DNA of 64,000 nucleotides from Burkholderiales bacterium (GTDB lineage: Bacteria; Pseudomonadota; Gammaproteobacteria; Burkholderiales; Burkholderiaceae_C): the NCBI GenBank assembly GCA_947474755.1, contig CANJJE010000011.1:30983-94982 (forward strand), written 5' to 3'. Of this stretch, positions 26,126 through 34,104 are shown one piece after another. The translations under genes were made by a program, and so were the position numbers. The number at the start of each line of letters is the position of its first letter. The stretch's first letter is position 1. The notes beneath the pieces were generated by a model. The model did not search any database. It was given only the letters and a program-made list of their open reading frames with translations, and was not told where the DNA came from.

Positions 26126-27118
26126 TCACAACCATGAGCGGGCCCGGTACCAGGCCACTGCGTCGGCAAAGCCCGTGTCGAGGTCGAACTGTGGCGCCCA
26201 ATCCGGTGCTGTGGCCAGCTCGCCGACAGATACCGACCAGTCTTCATGCCGCAGCTCGCGCAGTTTCTGTGAATTGAGCATGTTCGCCAGACCCAAGCTG
26301 CGGCCCGCGTCACCGACCAGCGCCACTGCCCGCAGCAGCGCCTGCGGTGCGTGTACCAACCGCGCACGTTCGTTGCCGACTGCCCGCGCCGCGGCACCCA
26401 GAACTTCGTGCCAGTGGTAGCCCTCAGGCCGTGCATCGGCAGCGGTCAGCACCTGCCCACGCGGTTGCAGGGTGGCCAGTCGCTCGATCAGGCGTACCAG
26501 ATCGTCGACATGGATCATCGCGGCGCGTGCGCTTGGCGATCCGAGCAGAGGCACCAGGCGTTGCCGGGCGAGTTGAAAGAACACCAGCGTTTCGCGGTCA
26601 CCCGGGCCGTACACCGCTGGCGGTCTCAGCACCGTGACGCGTTCGCCGAGCATCGCGCGCACCACATCCTCGCCTGCGCGCTTGCTTGCGGCGTAATCGG
26701 AGAGCTGCGGCTCGCGAGCGGCGAGGCTTGAGACATGCAGGAAGCGCGTGGCAGGGGCCACGCGCTGCACGGCCTCAGCAAGCGCCCGCGTGCCATCGCG
26801 GTTGCTCTTGAAGAATTCGGTTCGATCCGCAGCCTTGATGAGGCCTGCGACATGAATCACCACCCCTGCGCCATCGACCAGTCGCTCCAGGGCGGACGTA
26901 TTGGCCAGCGAGCCTGCCACCACCTGCGCTCCGTGGCCGCGCCACTCGCTGATGCTGGGCTCACTGCGCAACAGCAGCCGCACCGACCAACCCCGGCCGA
27001 TCAACATCCGTACCAGATGCTGACCGATGAAACCGCTGGCCCCGGTCACGGCGGCCAGCGGAGCAGTCTCACCCGTCTTCGTGATCAACATCGGCTGTAG
27101 GGGCTGCGAGGCAGTCAT
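26126..27118 (-). CDS. NAD(P)-dependent SDR-family epimerase/dehydratase/reductase
   Basis: Rossmann motif VTGASGFIGQHLV and a YAASK catalytic motif. Confidence 0.85.
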   Translation of the reverse strand: MTASQPLQPMLITKTGETAPLAAVTGASGFIGQHLVRMLIGRGWSVRLLLRSEPSISEWRGHGAQVVAGSLANTSALERLVDGAGVVIHVAGLIKAADRTEFFKSNRDGTRALAEAVQRVAPATRFLHVSSLAAREPQLSDYAASKRAGEDVVRAMLGERVTVLRPPAVYGPGDRETLVFFQLARQRLVPLLGSPSARAAMIHVDDLVRLIERLATLQPRGQVLTAADARPEGYHWHEVLGAAARAVGNERARLVHAPQALLRAVALVGDAGRSLGLANMLNSQKLRELRHEDWSVSVGELATAPDWAPQFDLDTGFADAVAWYRARSWL

Positions 27119-27200
27119 CGAGTGGAAGGGTGCAGTGACGGAGCCGCCAACGGGGAGCGCTTAACGCGCCTCATAGAATAACTTTTCCCGGCATCACGAC

Positions 27201-28085
27201 ATGCGCAACACGGTCTTCATTCACACCAATCCGAAGCAGGTGATCGGTGCGCTGGTGGCACAGCATGCGCTACGTCGCCATAGCGCAGCACCCGAGCGCT
27301 TCGATGTACGCATTCTGCAAACCACCGATTTCCCCGCCTTGCAGCGCTTCGAAGGGCGCCGCTATCTGCGCGAGGGGCGTGAGGTGGTGTGGCTCAACGA
27401 CGACTTGCAATCCTTCACTCCGCTGCGGTTTGCCGTGCCGGAAGCCATGGGCTATGCAGGTCGTGCCGTCCTCATCGATCCCGACGTCTTTGCGCTCGGC
27501 GACATCAATGAGCTGCTGGATCGCGACATGGGGGGCGCGGCGGTCATGGCGCGGCAGATGGACAGTGACTTTCGCCGTCCGCTCCACTACGCATCGAGCG
27601 TGATGTTGCTCGACTGCGCGCGCCTGGCGCACTGGCAGTGGGAAGCCGATTTCGAGCGGGTGTGCCGCGGCGAGCGCGACTACCGCGACTGGATGTGGCT
27701 GCTGCTCGAACCGCCCGGTAGCGTGGCGCCGCTGGCGTCGGTCTGGAACGACTTCGACAGACTCGCGGCAGACACCCGGCTGCTGCACAACACCCACCGC
27801 CGCACCCAGCCGTGGAAAACCGGTCTCCCATCGGACTTCACACCGCGCGGGACGACATGGAAGTCGCGCATGGGGATCTGGCTGCGCTCGATCAAGGGAC
27901 GGGGTGCCGGGCTCTACAAGCCGCACCCCGATCCAGCGCAGGAGATTTTTTTCTTCCGACTGCTCGGCGAGTGTCTCGACAACGGATCGGTGCCTGCAAC
28001 GCTGCTCAAGGAAGAGATCGACCGCCAGCACATCCGCAGCGACGCCCACGACTGCATCGCCCGCGCTCGCCAGCCTGCGACCTGA
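27201..28085 (+). CDS. hypothetical protein, glycosyltransferase family 8-like
   Basis: The block FTPLRFAVPEAMGYAGRAVLIDPDVFALGDINELLDRDMGGAAVMA matches the general GT8 pattern around the DxD motif (here DPD). Confidence 0.5.
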   Translation: MRNTVFIHTNPKQVIGALVAQHALRRHSAAPERFDVRILQTTDFPALQRFEGRRYLREGREVVWLNDDLQSFTPLRFAVPEAMGYAGRAVLIDPDVFALGDINELLDRDMGGAAVMARQMDSDFRRPLHYASSVMLLDCARLAHWQWEADFERVCRGERDYRDWMWLLLEPPGSVAPLASVWNDFDRLAADTRLLHNTHRRTQPWKTGLPSDFTPRGTTWKSRMGIWLRSIKGRGAGLYKPHPDPAQEIFFFRLLGECLDNGSVPATLLKEEIDRQHIRSDAHDCIARARQPAT

Positions 28086-28111
28086 CCGCACGCGAGGCGT
28101 GCAGTCTGCGA

Positions 28112-29170
28112 TCACCCGCTGATCGTCTGCGTGATGCGAGCGAGCGTGGCGTGGCGTTCGCGCGCGGCCACTTCCTGAGGCCGTCCGTCGGCACCGAACA
28201 GGCCGGCGTCGGCGAGGGCGCGTTGCAGGTGCCCGATGTCTCGCACGGCCGAAAGCAGGCCGACATCGACTGCCCATCCATACAGGCGCGCCATCGCGGA
28301 CGTGGGTTTGCGCTCCGCTGCCGCGCGCCAGGCCGAAGCGAGTCGCCATCGCCAATGCGGTTGCGCTGGCAGCATGAACGGCGTGACCGTGTGGCCGCTG
28401 AGCAGGGCTTCCGTCAGCATCGAGGCACTGTCGGCCGTGACGATCAATCGATCGGCCTCGCGCAGCAGCGAGGCGTACAGGTTTTCGCCTTGGCCCCAGC
28501 GCGAGACATGTGCGGGAGCGCACAGGTTCGCTTCGATGATGGTCATGGTGGAGTCCGTCGTACGCGGGCTACCCAGTACCCAGGCGCTGCCGCCAGTCTC
28601 ACGCACCTGTTCATTCACTGTTTGCGCCAGCAAACAGGCGCTGGCATCGTTGAGCACATAAGGGCGGCTGTTTCCTCCCACCAGCACCACGGTCCAAGGG
28701 CGCGGCATGCGCGTTGTCTGGTCGGCCAGCGATGCCGTAGTGGATTCACTGGACGCGGGTACGACGAAAGGCATCAGGTTGGTGAGCACATTGGCGCGGC
28801 TGGGCACTGCGTATTGCGGGGTCGTGACGATCAGGTCGAACCAGGCCAGCGGTGCCCAGGGGCGGTTGATATGGATCAGCCGCGTACGGTCCTGCGATTG
28901 CTTGCGGATCCAGCGTGCCGCCGGGACGGATTTGCGGCCTGCAGCCAGTACCGCTTGCGGCCAGGGGGGATGCAGCGCGCATTCCGTGCGCCAGCTCAGG
29001 CGGCCGTTGCCCAGCACCAGCGGCGGTAAACGAGCTGCGCGGTTGAACTGCAGCGGGATGACACGGTATGGCCGATTCATCGCTTCGGCGATGGCCAGCA
29101 ACTGCTGGTTGTCGCCATGCTTGGTACCCAGCAGGACCCAGACCGGTACGGTGTTCAGCTCGGATGACAT
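28112..29170 (-). CDS. ELM1 / DUF1022 (mitochondrial fission ELM1-like) family protein
   Basis: Contains VWVLLGTKHGDNQQLLAIAEAM and the downstream FDLIVTTPQY. ATG at 29170, with an alternative GTG at 29185. Confidence 0.65.
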   Translation of the reverse strand: MSSELNTVPVWVLLGTKHGDNQQLLAIAEAMNRPYRVIPLQFNRAARLPPLVLGNGRLSWRTECALHPPWPQAVLAAGRKSVPAARWIRKQSQDRTRLIHINRPWAPLAWFDLIVTTPQYAVPSRANVLTNLMPFVVPASSESTTASLADQTTRMPRPWTVVLVGGNSRPYVLNDASACLLAQTVNEQVRETGGSAWVLGSPRTTDSTMTIIEANLCAPAHVSRWGQGENLYASLLREADRLIVTADSASMLTEALLSGHTVTPFMLPAQPHWRWRLASAWRAAAERKPTSAMARLYGWAVDVGLLSAVRDIGHLQRALADAGLFGADGRPQEVAARERHATLARITQTISG

Positions 29171-29261
29171 AAGGCTCGCGTGCACACGGTTTCAGCACAG
29201 CAGTCCGTAACCCAGACTGCGGTCGTGAGTATCAAGTTTCAGCGCGATGGATGACACCCTG

Positions 29262-30170
29262 TCAGTCAGTTGCAGCCATTGGAAACTTGCGCCACCGCCG
29301 GTGGTGCCAGCTCCACAGCTCCGGGTGTTGCAGCACCTGCGCTTCGGTCAGACGTGTCAGGAAATCCACATCGGCTTCCAGCGTCCCCTGTCCGATCGTC
29401 AGTTGTGGCTGGATTTCAAACCGCCATACCGGCTCTGCCCCCACTGCGACCATCGGCAGCACCGGCGAGCGTGAAACACGTGCCAGTTGAGCGGGGCCCG
29501 CAGGCATCGGCACGTCCTTGCCAAGGAAGCGCTGCGTGACGCCGTCCTCGGCCTTTCGCAGGCCTTGATCCATCATCAGGAACAGCACGCGGCCCTGCTT
29601 CAGCGCTGCCAGCATCTGGCCGTAGGCGCGAATGCCGCCATTGGCCAGGATGGCCTGGATGCCGTAATGCTCCAGGCCGGTCTGGAAGAAGCCGGTCGAC
29701 ATCATCCGAGCCTTGCGATACAGCAGCGACACCGGCCAGCCTTCCTGCGCCAGCCGAACCATCGCCAGACTGGCGTTGCCCATGTGGGTGGCCAGCACGA
29801 TCGCGCCACGCCCCTGGCTCATGGCCGCGCGCAGGTGTTCCAGGCCGCCCAGCTCGCAGCGCGCCGCCAGTGTGCTTTCGTCCTGGCGCTGGTCGAACAT
29901 CGCCATGACCTCCATCACTGCGCCGTTGTTCACCCGGTAGGCCTGGAGCAGCAGCGCGCGCACGGACGGGTCATGCGATGGTCGCCCCAGCACCTGGGCG
30001 ATCTCGCGCTGCAGTCGCTGGCGCTCTCGCCATCCGAACCAGAACTGCAAATCGCCCAGCCAGCTGCCGAGGGTGCGCGCATGCCGGAATCCGATGACGC
30101 GCAACAGCGTGCGCAGGCTGAGGAACATCGCGCGGCGACGCCGACGTCGCAGATCCCGAACCCAGTTCAT
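29262..30170 (-). CDS. LpxL/HtrB-family lipid acyltransferase
   Basis: Contains GAIVLATHMGNASLA, RKARMMSTGFF, MLAALKQGRVLFLMMDQG and the following GPAQLARVSRSPVLP. The family pattern is that of late lipid A acyltransferases. Confidence 0.75.
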   Translation of the reverse strand: MNWVRDLRRRRRRAMFLSLRTLLRVIGFRHARTLGSWLGDLQFWFGWRERQRLQREIAQVLGRPSHDPSVRALLLQAYRVNNGAVMEVMAMFDQRQDESTLAARCELGGLEHLRAAMSQGRGAIVLATHMGNASLAMVRLAQEGWPVSLLYRKARMMSTGFFQTGLEHYGIQAILANGGIRAYGQMLAALKQGRVLFLMMDQGLRKAEDGVTQRFLGKDVPMPAGPAQLARVSRSPVLPMVAVGAEPVWRFEIQPQLTIGQGTLEADVDFLTRLTEAQVLQHPELWSWHHRRWRKFPMAATD

Positions 30171-31940
30171 TCAGGCGTGCGCCGCGATTGGGGTGGGGTG
30201 GACCTGCTGCTGCAAAGCGGTGAGCTGTCCATCGGCCAGTCGGTACACGCAGTCGGCCGCCTGAATCAGCAGGTCCTGGTGCGCGACGGCCAGGATCGTC
30301 AATTGGCCCCTCAGGTGCTTGACGGCCTCGATCACCGCTGCCTGCGCTTCTGCGTCGAGATGGCTGGTGGCTTCATCGAGGATCAGGAGCCGTGGCTCAT
30401 GCACCAGCGCGCGGGCGATGGCCAGGCGCTGGCGCTGCCCACCCGACAAGCGCGATCCCCCTTCGCCGACCCGGGTCTGCAGCCCGTCGGGCATGGCCTC
30501 GACGAAACTGAGTGCGTCGGCGGCGCGCAACGCCGTGCGGATCTGCTCATCACTGATCCCGACCTCACCCAGCGTCACGTTGTAGGCCACTGATTCGTCG
30601 ACCATCACCGATTCCTGCGGCACGTAGCCTATCTGTCGCCGCCACTGGCGCAGATCCAGCTCGCCGAGCTCCACACCATCGACCAGGATGCGACCGCCGG
30701 TGGGTCTCAGCAGGCCGACGACCAGGTCCAGCAAGGTGGTCTTGCCCGCGCCCGACGGCCCGATGATGACCGTCAATTGCTGCGCCGGGATGGTGAAGTT
30801 GCCGTGCTCGACGATCGCACGGCGCTCGCCATGGCTGAAGTTCACATTCTCGAAACGTATGCCCTCGACGAGGTCCACCCGTTGATCGCCGCCCGGGGGT
30901 TCGACTTCGGCGCTGGCGTTGTTGATGTGATCCATCACCGACCAGTAGGCGCTCTCGCGCACGACGACCTGCTGGTAGGCGCGCTGGGCCTTCGAGAGGT
31001 AGCTGACGGTGCGCGCGAGCAGGAACACCATCACCAGCACCTCGGCCAGTGGCAACTTCAGCACCACCAGACTGAAGAAGAAACCAACGCCGACCAGGAT
31101 CGCCAGCAGCGGCTCCTGCAGCGCGGTCATCGCCTCTCGACTGATCACCTGACGGCGCAGGGCCCGTCGCAAGGCCCGCGTCTGGTCGGACAGCAAGGCA
31201 TCGACGTGGTCCTCGCGCGCCATGGCCTTCAGCGCCTTCGCCGCTGCCATCTGCCCGCCCATCACCGACAGCAGCGATTTCAGCAGCACGGTCTGCTGCC
31301 GCCCCGCTTTCAGCGAACTGCGCACCAGCGCGTGCAGCGACAGCAGCAGCAAGGCACCCGCGATGATCGCGGCCACGCCGGCCTGCCACGAAATCGACAG
31401 TGCGACACCCAGGAAGATCAGGCCATTGAGCACCATGGCTGCCATCTCGGCGCTGTGCTGGAACGCTTCGGAGGCTCGTTGTGCTTCACTGGCGACGGCG
31501 TTGGTCAGCCGTCCGACGGACTGATCCAGGTAGTGGGTCCAGCGTGCGGACATCACCGAGCGGATCAGCGCGAGCCGCAGGTCGGTGGCAATGTTGGCGA
31601 CGGTGTAGCCAACTTGTCGGTTGGCAACGAGGGACAAAACCGCCTTCAGCGCGATCAGCACCGTCGACAGCGCCAACAGCACCGCCGTGGTGGGCTGCAG
31701 CCCCAGGAACTGCGTCACCTGCACCGCGATCTTCTCGGGCATCGACGGTGTGTGCGCACCGGTGTTCGTGGCGAACGACAGCATGGACAGCAACATCGAC
31801 ATGCCCAGGCTGTCCGTCAGCCCTGCGACAAAGACCGCCACCAGCGCTGCCACACTGCGCCCCGGGTACGCGCGGACAAACGCACCGATCATCTGCAGGG
31901 CGCGACTGGGCTGCGCCTTGGCTTTCTGCTTCTTGCTCAT
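30171..31940 (-). CDS. ABC transporter, fused permease/ATPase (MsbA-like exporter)
   Basis: Six-TM N-terminal half. Walker A GPSGAGKTT, signature LSGGQRQRLAIARAL and Walker B LLILDEATSHLD are present. Confidence 0.9.
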   Translation of the reverse strand: MSKKQKAKAQPSRALQMIGAFVRAYPGRSVAALVAVFVAGLTDSLGMSMLLSMLSFATNTGAHTPSMPEKIAVQVTQFLGLQPTTAVLLALSTVLIALKAVLSLVANRQVGYTVANIATDLRLALIRSVMSARWTHYLDQSVGRLTNAVASEAQRASEAFQHSAEMAAMVLNGLIFLGVALSISWQAGVAAIIAGALLLLSLHALVRSSLKAGRQQTVLLKSLLSVMGGQMAAAKALKAMAREDHVDALLSDQTRALRRALRRQVISREAMTALQEPLLAILVGVGFFFSLVVLKLPLAEVLVMVFLLARTVSYLSKAQRAYQQVVVRESAYWSVMDHINNASAEVEPPGGDQRVDLVEGIRFENVNFSHGERRAIVEHGNFTIPAQQLTVIIGPSGAGKTTLLDLVVGLLRPTGGRILVDGVELGELDLRQWRRQIGYVPQESVMVDESVAYNVTLGEVGISDEQIRTALRAADALSFVEAMPDGLQTRVGEGGSRLSGGQRQRLAIARALVHEPRLLILDEATSHLDAEAQAAVIEAVKHLRGQLTILAVAHQDLLIQAADCVYRLADGQLTALQQQVHPTPIAAHA

Positions 31941-32944
31941 GGCCGAATGAAACGCAGGCGCGGGCCTGTGCTGATGATGACGGGCTGGCTCGGGTCAGCG
32001 TCGAAGGCTTCGCCGTCCAGCATGTAGCGGGTCAGGCCACCAATCGTCACCTGATTGCAGCGGCCACTGAGGTAGCCGTTGTCGGGGTTCATGGCCCGCG
32101 CGTATCGCCCGGTCAAGAGCCGAGGCATCGATCGCCAGAAGCGCGGTGCTGCCTCGCTGACGGAGGTCAGCCGCACATCACCTTGGCCGTGCGGCGCATA
32201 CGGATCGAACAGGCCGGTGCGGTGCAGCAGCGTGGTCGCCAGCAGCAGCCGGATGGCTCCGCTCTGTCTTCCGCGAGCGCCGGCATCGACATCCAGATGT
32301 GGGCAACTCATGCCGGAACGCCCGATCAGCGATCGCGCGCCCAGGCGCAGAAGGTAAGCCATCGTGCTGAGGTCGCCGTGGGATTTGAGCTCAGCACGGT
32401 GTTGATGACACTGGCGGATCACGCTGTCGATCAGCGCTGCCGAGAAGAAAAAGCCGTGTCGCATCGGCGCGCCGGAATGCGCGATGCGCAGCGCGCAGCG
32501 CTCTTCCACCGCAGCGTCCCAGCGTTGCTCACGGGCGAGCAGCAGCGCCCGCTTCAAGATCGGCAAGGCCCGGCCGCCTGGCACCAGGTCGGCCGCTGTC
32601 AGGTTGGTGCGGCCGCCAGGCAGCACCAGCAGATCCGGTGTCCAGGCGCCTGCGGGCAGGTTCGACAGCTGATCGACGATGGCACAGACCGTACCGTCGC
32701 CAGCCAGCAGCATGACCTGGCGCTGGCGCCGCGCGAGGATCGTCGCGATGGCGGCGCGCGTGGCGTCCGGGCTGTCGACGATGACCACCTCGGCGCCGTG
32801 AGACTTCCCCAGCGCCGTGGCCTGTGCGGCCAAGCCCCGCGACGCGTTGAAGCTGCGCGGGTTGACGATCAGGCACGGGGGCGTGCTTGCCGCGGCGACA
32901 ACCGCGCAATCCGGCGTCGCCAGTGCAGGATCGCGCGCGTTCAA
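31937..32944 (-). CDS. diacylglycerol-kinase-fold lipid kinase (DAGK_cat domain; sphingoid/ceramide-kinase-like candidate)
   Basis: Contains CLIVNPRSFNASRG and the downstream LLAGDGTVCAIV (GGDGT-type motif). The start is inferred at TTG 32944, overlapping the desaturase stop. Its own stop overlaps the ABC start (ATGA). The longer track ORF to 33403 overlaps the desaturase gene. Confidence 0.65.
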   Translation of the reverse strand: MNARDPALATPDCAVVAAASTPPCLIVNPRSFNASRGLAAQATALGKSHGAEVVIVDSPDATRAAIATILARRQRQVMLLAGDGTVCAIVDQLSNLPAGAWTPDLLVLPGGRTNLTAADLVPGGRALPILKRALLLAREQRWDAAVEERCALRIAHSGAPMRHGFFFSAALIDSVIRQCHQHRAELKSHGDLSTMAYLLRLGARSLIGRSGMSCPHLDVDAGARGRQSGAIRLLLATTLLHRTGLFDPYAPHGQGDVRLTSVSEAAPRFWRSMPRLLTGRYARAMNPDNGYLSGRCNQVTIGGLTRYMLDGEAFDADPSQPVIISTGPRLRFIRP

Positions 32945-34080
32945 GAGCGCCCGTTGCCCGGCGACCAGGCCCGCATCGCCGACTGGCCACGAGGGGTCTG
33001 CCGCGCCGACTGCCACAACTCGCGCACCGCGGTGAAATAGCTGTCGCGGTTGCAGCCTCGGTAGAGCGCGTCCGCCGGGAGACCGGCCATCAAGCGCCGA
33101 TGCGCCTCCCCCAGGCGGTGGTAGGGCAGGGCAGGAAACATGTGGTGCAGTGCGTGGTAGCGCAGGCCGACCGGGAACATGAATACCGTCAGCCAGGTCT
33201 GCCCGGTGATGTTGATCGACTCGGCCACCTGTTCTGCCATCGTCATGCGCTGGCCGCCATTGACATAACGGTGTGCCGCCAGGTTGCGCACCCAGTTCAG
33301 CGCCAGGGTGAAGGCCAGCAGCGCATAGCCCATGAAGAACTGCGTGATGCTGACGGTGCCTTGCCACATCAGGAACGCAATCGTCGCCAGGTACGCGAAG
33401 CACAGCGCCTCGACGACCTGCAGGTGCTGTTCATCGCGCTTCGGAAAGCGCTTGGCGTAATAGGGGTTCGACACCGCCGCGGAGACCCGCGTCAGCACCC
33501 ATTCACGCATGCCGCTGTGCAGCCAGGAGAGCGGGCCCAGCACGCCGAAACGCACGATCATGAAAAGCGGCAGCAAAGGGGCCTGGCCGACGTACTTCAG
33601 CGTCTCGCTCTGCGGCGAGGAGCCGAGCGGCAGGTACTCGCCGTCGGCCGGCGTGCCGAACTGCAGGTGGTTATGGTGCTCGATGTGGTTGCGGTACAGC
33701 ACCCAGGGCATCAACAGGGGTATGCCCAGCAGCAGGTTCCAGGCGCGCTTGAAGCCTGTCATCTGCCCGCCCGGCATGTGGACGATTTCGTGGATGAATG
33801 TTCCCACGCGGAAGAAAAGGACGCTGGCGCCGAGGAAGGCAAAGATCTGCAACGCGCCCCAGGCGGGCGCGGTGAAGTAGATCGCCGTCAACGCCCAGGC
33901 CGCGGTCGAACTCAGCAGAAGATCGGTCCAGTAGATCGCCGGGGAGCGCTGGAACAGGTCGCTGATCAGGCTGCGGGCCCGTTCCTGCCAGGCGGGGTCG
34001 ACTGCGATGCCTGGGGAAGCACTGGCGGCGGGCTCGTCAAGGGTGGCGGTAGCGGTCACGATGAAGCATGAAAAAAGCAA
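32941..34080 (-). CDS. membrane fatty-acid/sphingolipid desaturase family protein
   Basis: Three histidine boxes are present (HEIVH, HIEHHNH, HALHHMFP), and the N-terminus is hydrophobic. The start is uncertain (TTG 34080 or GTG 34059). Confidence 0.8.
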   Translation of the reverse strand: MLFSCFIVTATATLDEPAASASPGIAVDPAWQERARSLISDLFQRSPAIYWTDLLLSSTAAWALTAIYFTAPAWGALQIFAFLGASVLFFRVGTFIHEIVHMPGGQMTGFKRAWNLLLGIPLLMPWVLYRNHIEHHNHLQFGTPADGEYLPLGSSPQSETLKYVGQAPLLPLFMIVRFGVLGPLSWLHSGMREWVLTRVSAAVSNPYYAKRFPKRDEQHLQVVEALCFAYLATIAFLMWQGTVSITQFFMGYALLAFTLALNWVRNLAAHRYVNGGQRMTMAEQVAESINITGQTWLTVFMFPVGLRYHALHHMFPALPYHRLGEAHRRLMAGLPADALYRGCNRDSYFTAVRELWQSARQTPRGQSAMRAWSPGNGRS

Positions 34081-34104
34081 TGCACCAAGGATACCCGTTT
34101 GACC

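Noticed and set aside
25992-26201. A 69-aa minus-strand ORF with one hydrophobic segment, lying between the SDR gene and the 24432..25919 gene. It could be a small membrane protein starting at the internal ATG 26135.
   Set aside because: It cannot be supported from sequence alone. It overlaps the SDR stop region, and no motif or convincing ribosome-binding site was seen. It is left unannotated, although ribosome profiling or conservation could revive it.
27270-28523. A 417-aa minus-strand ORF, and the 405-aa plus-strand ORF 27812..29029.
   Set aside because: Both overlap the better-supported GT8-like (plus) and ELM1 (minus) genes in the wrong frame or strand, and both are Arg-rich with low complexity.
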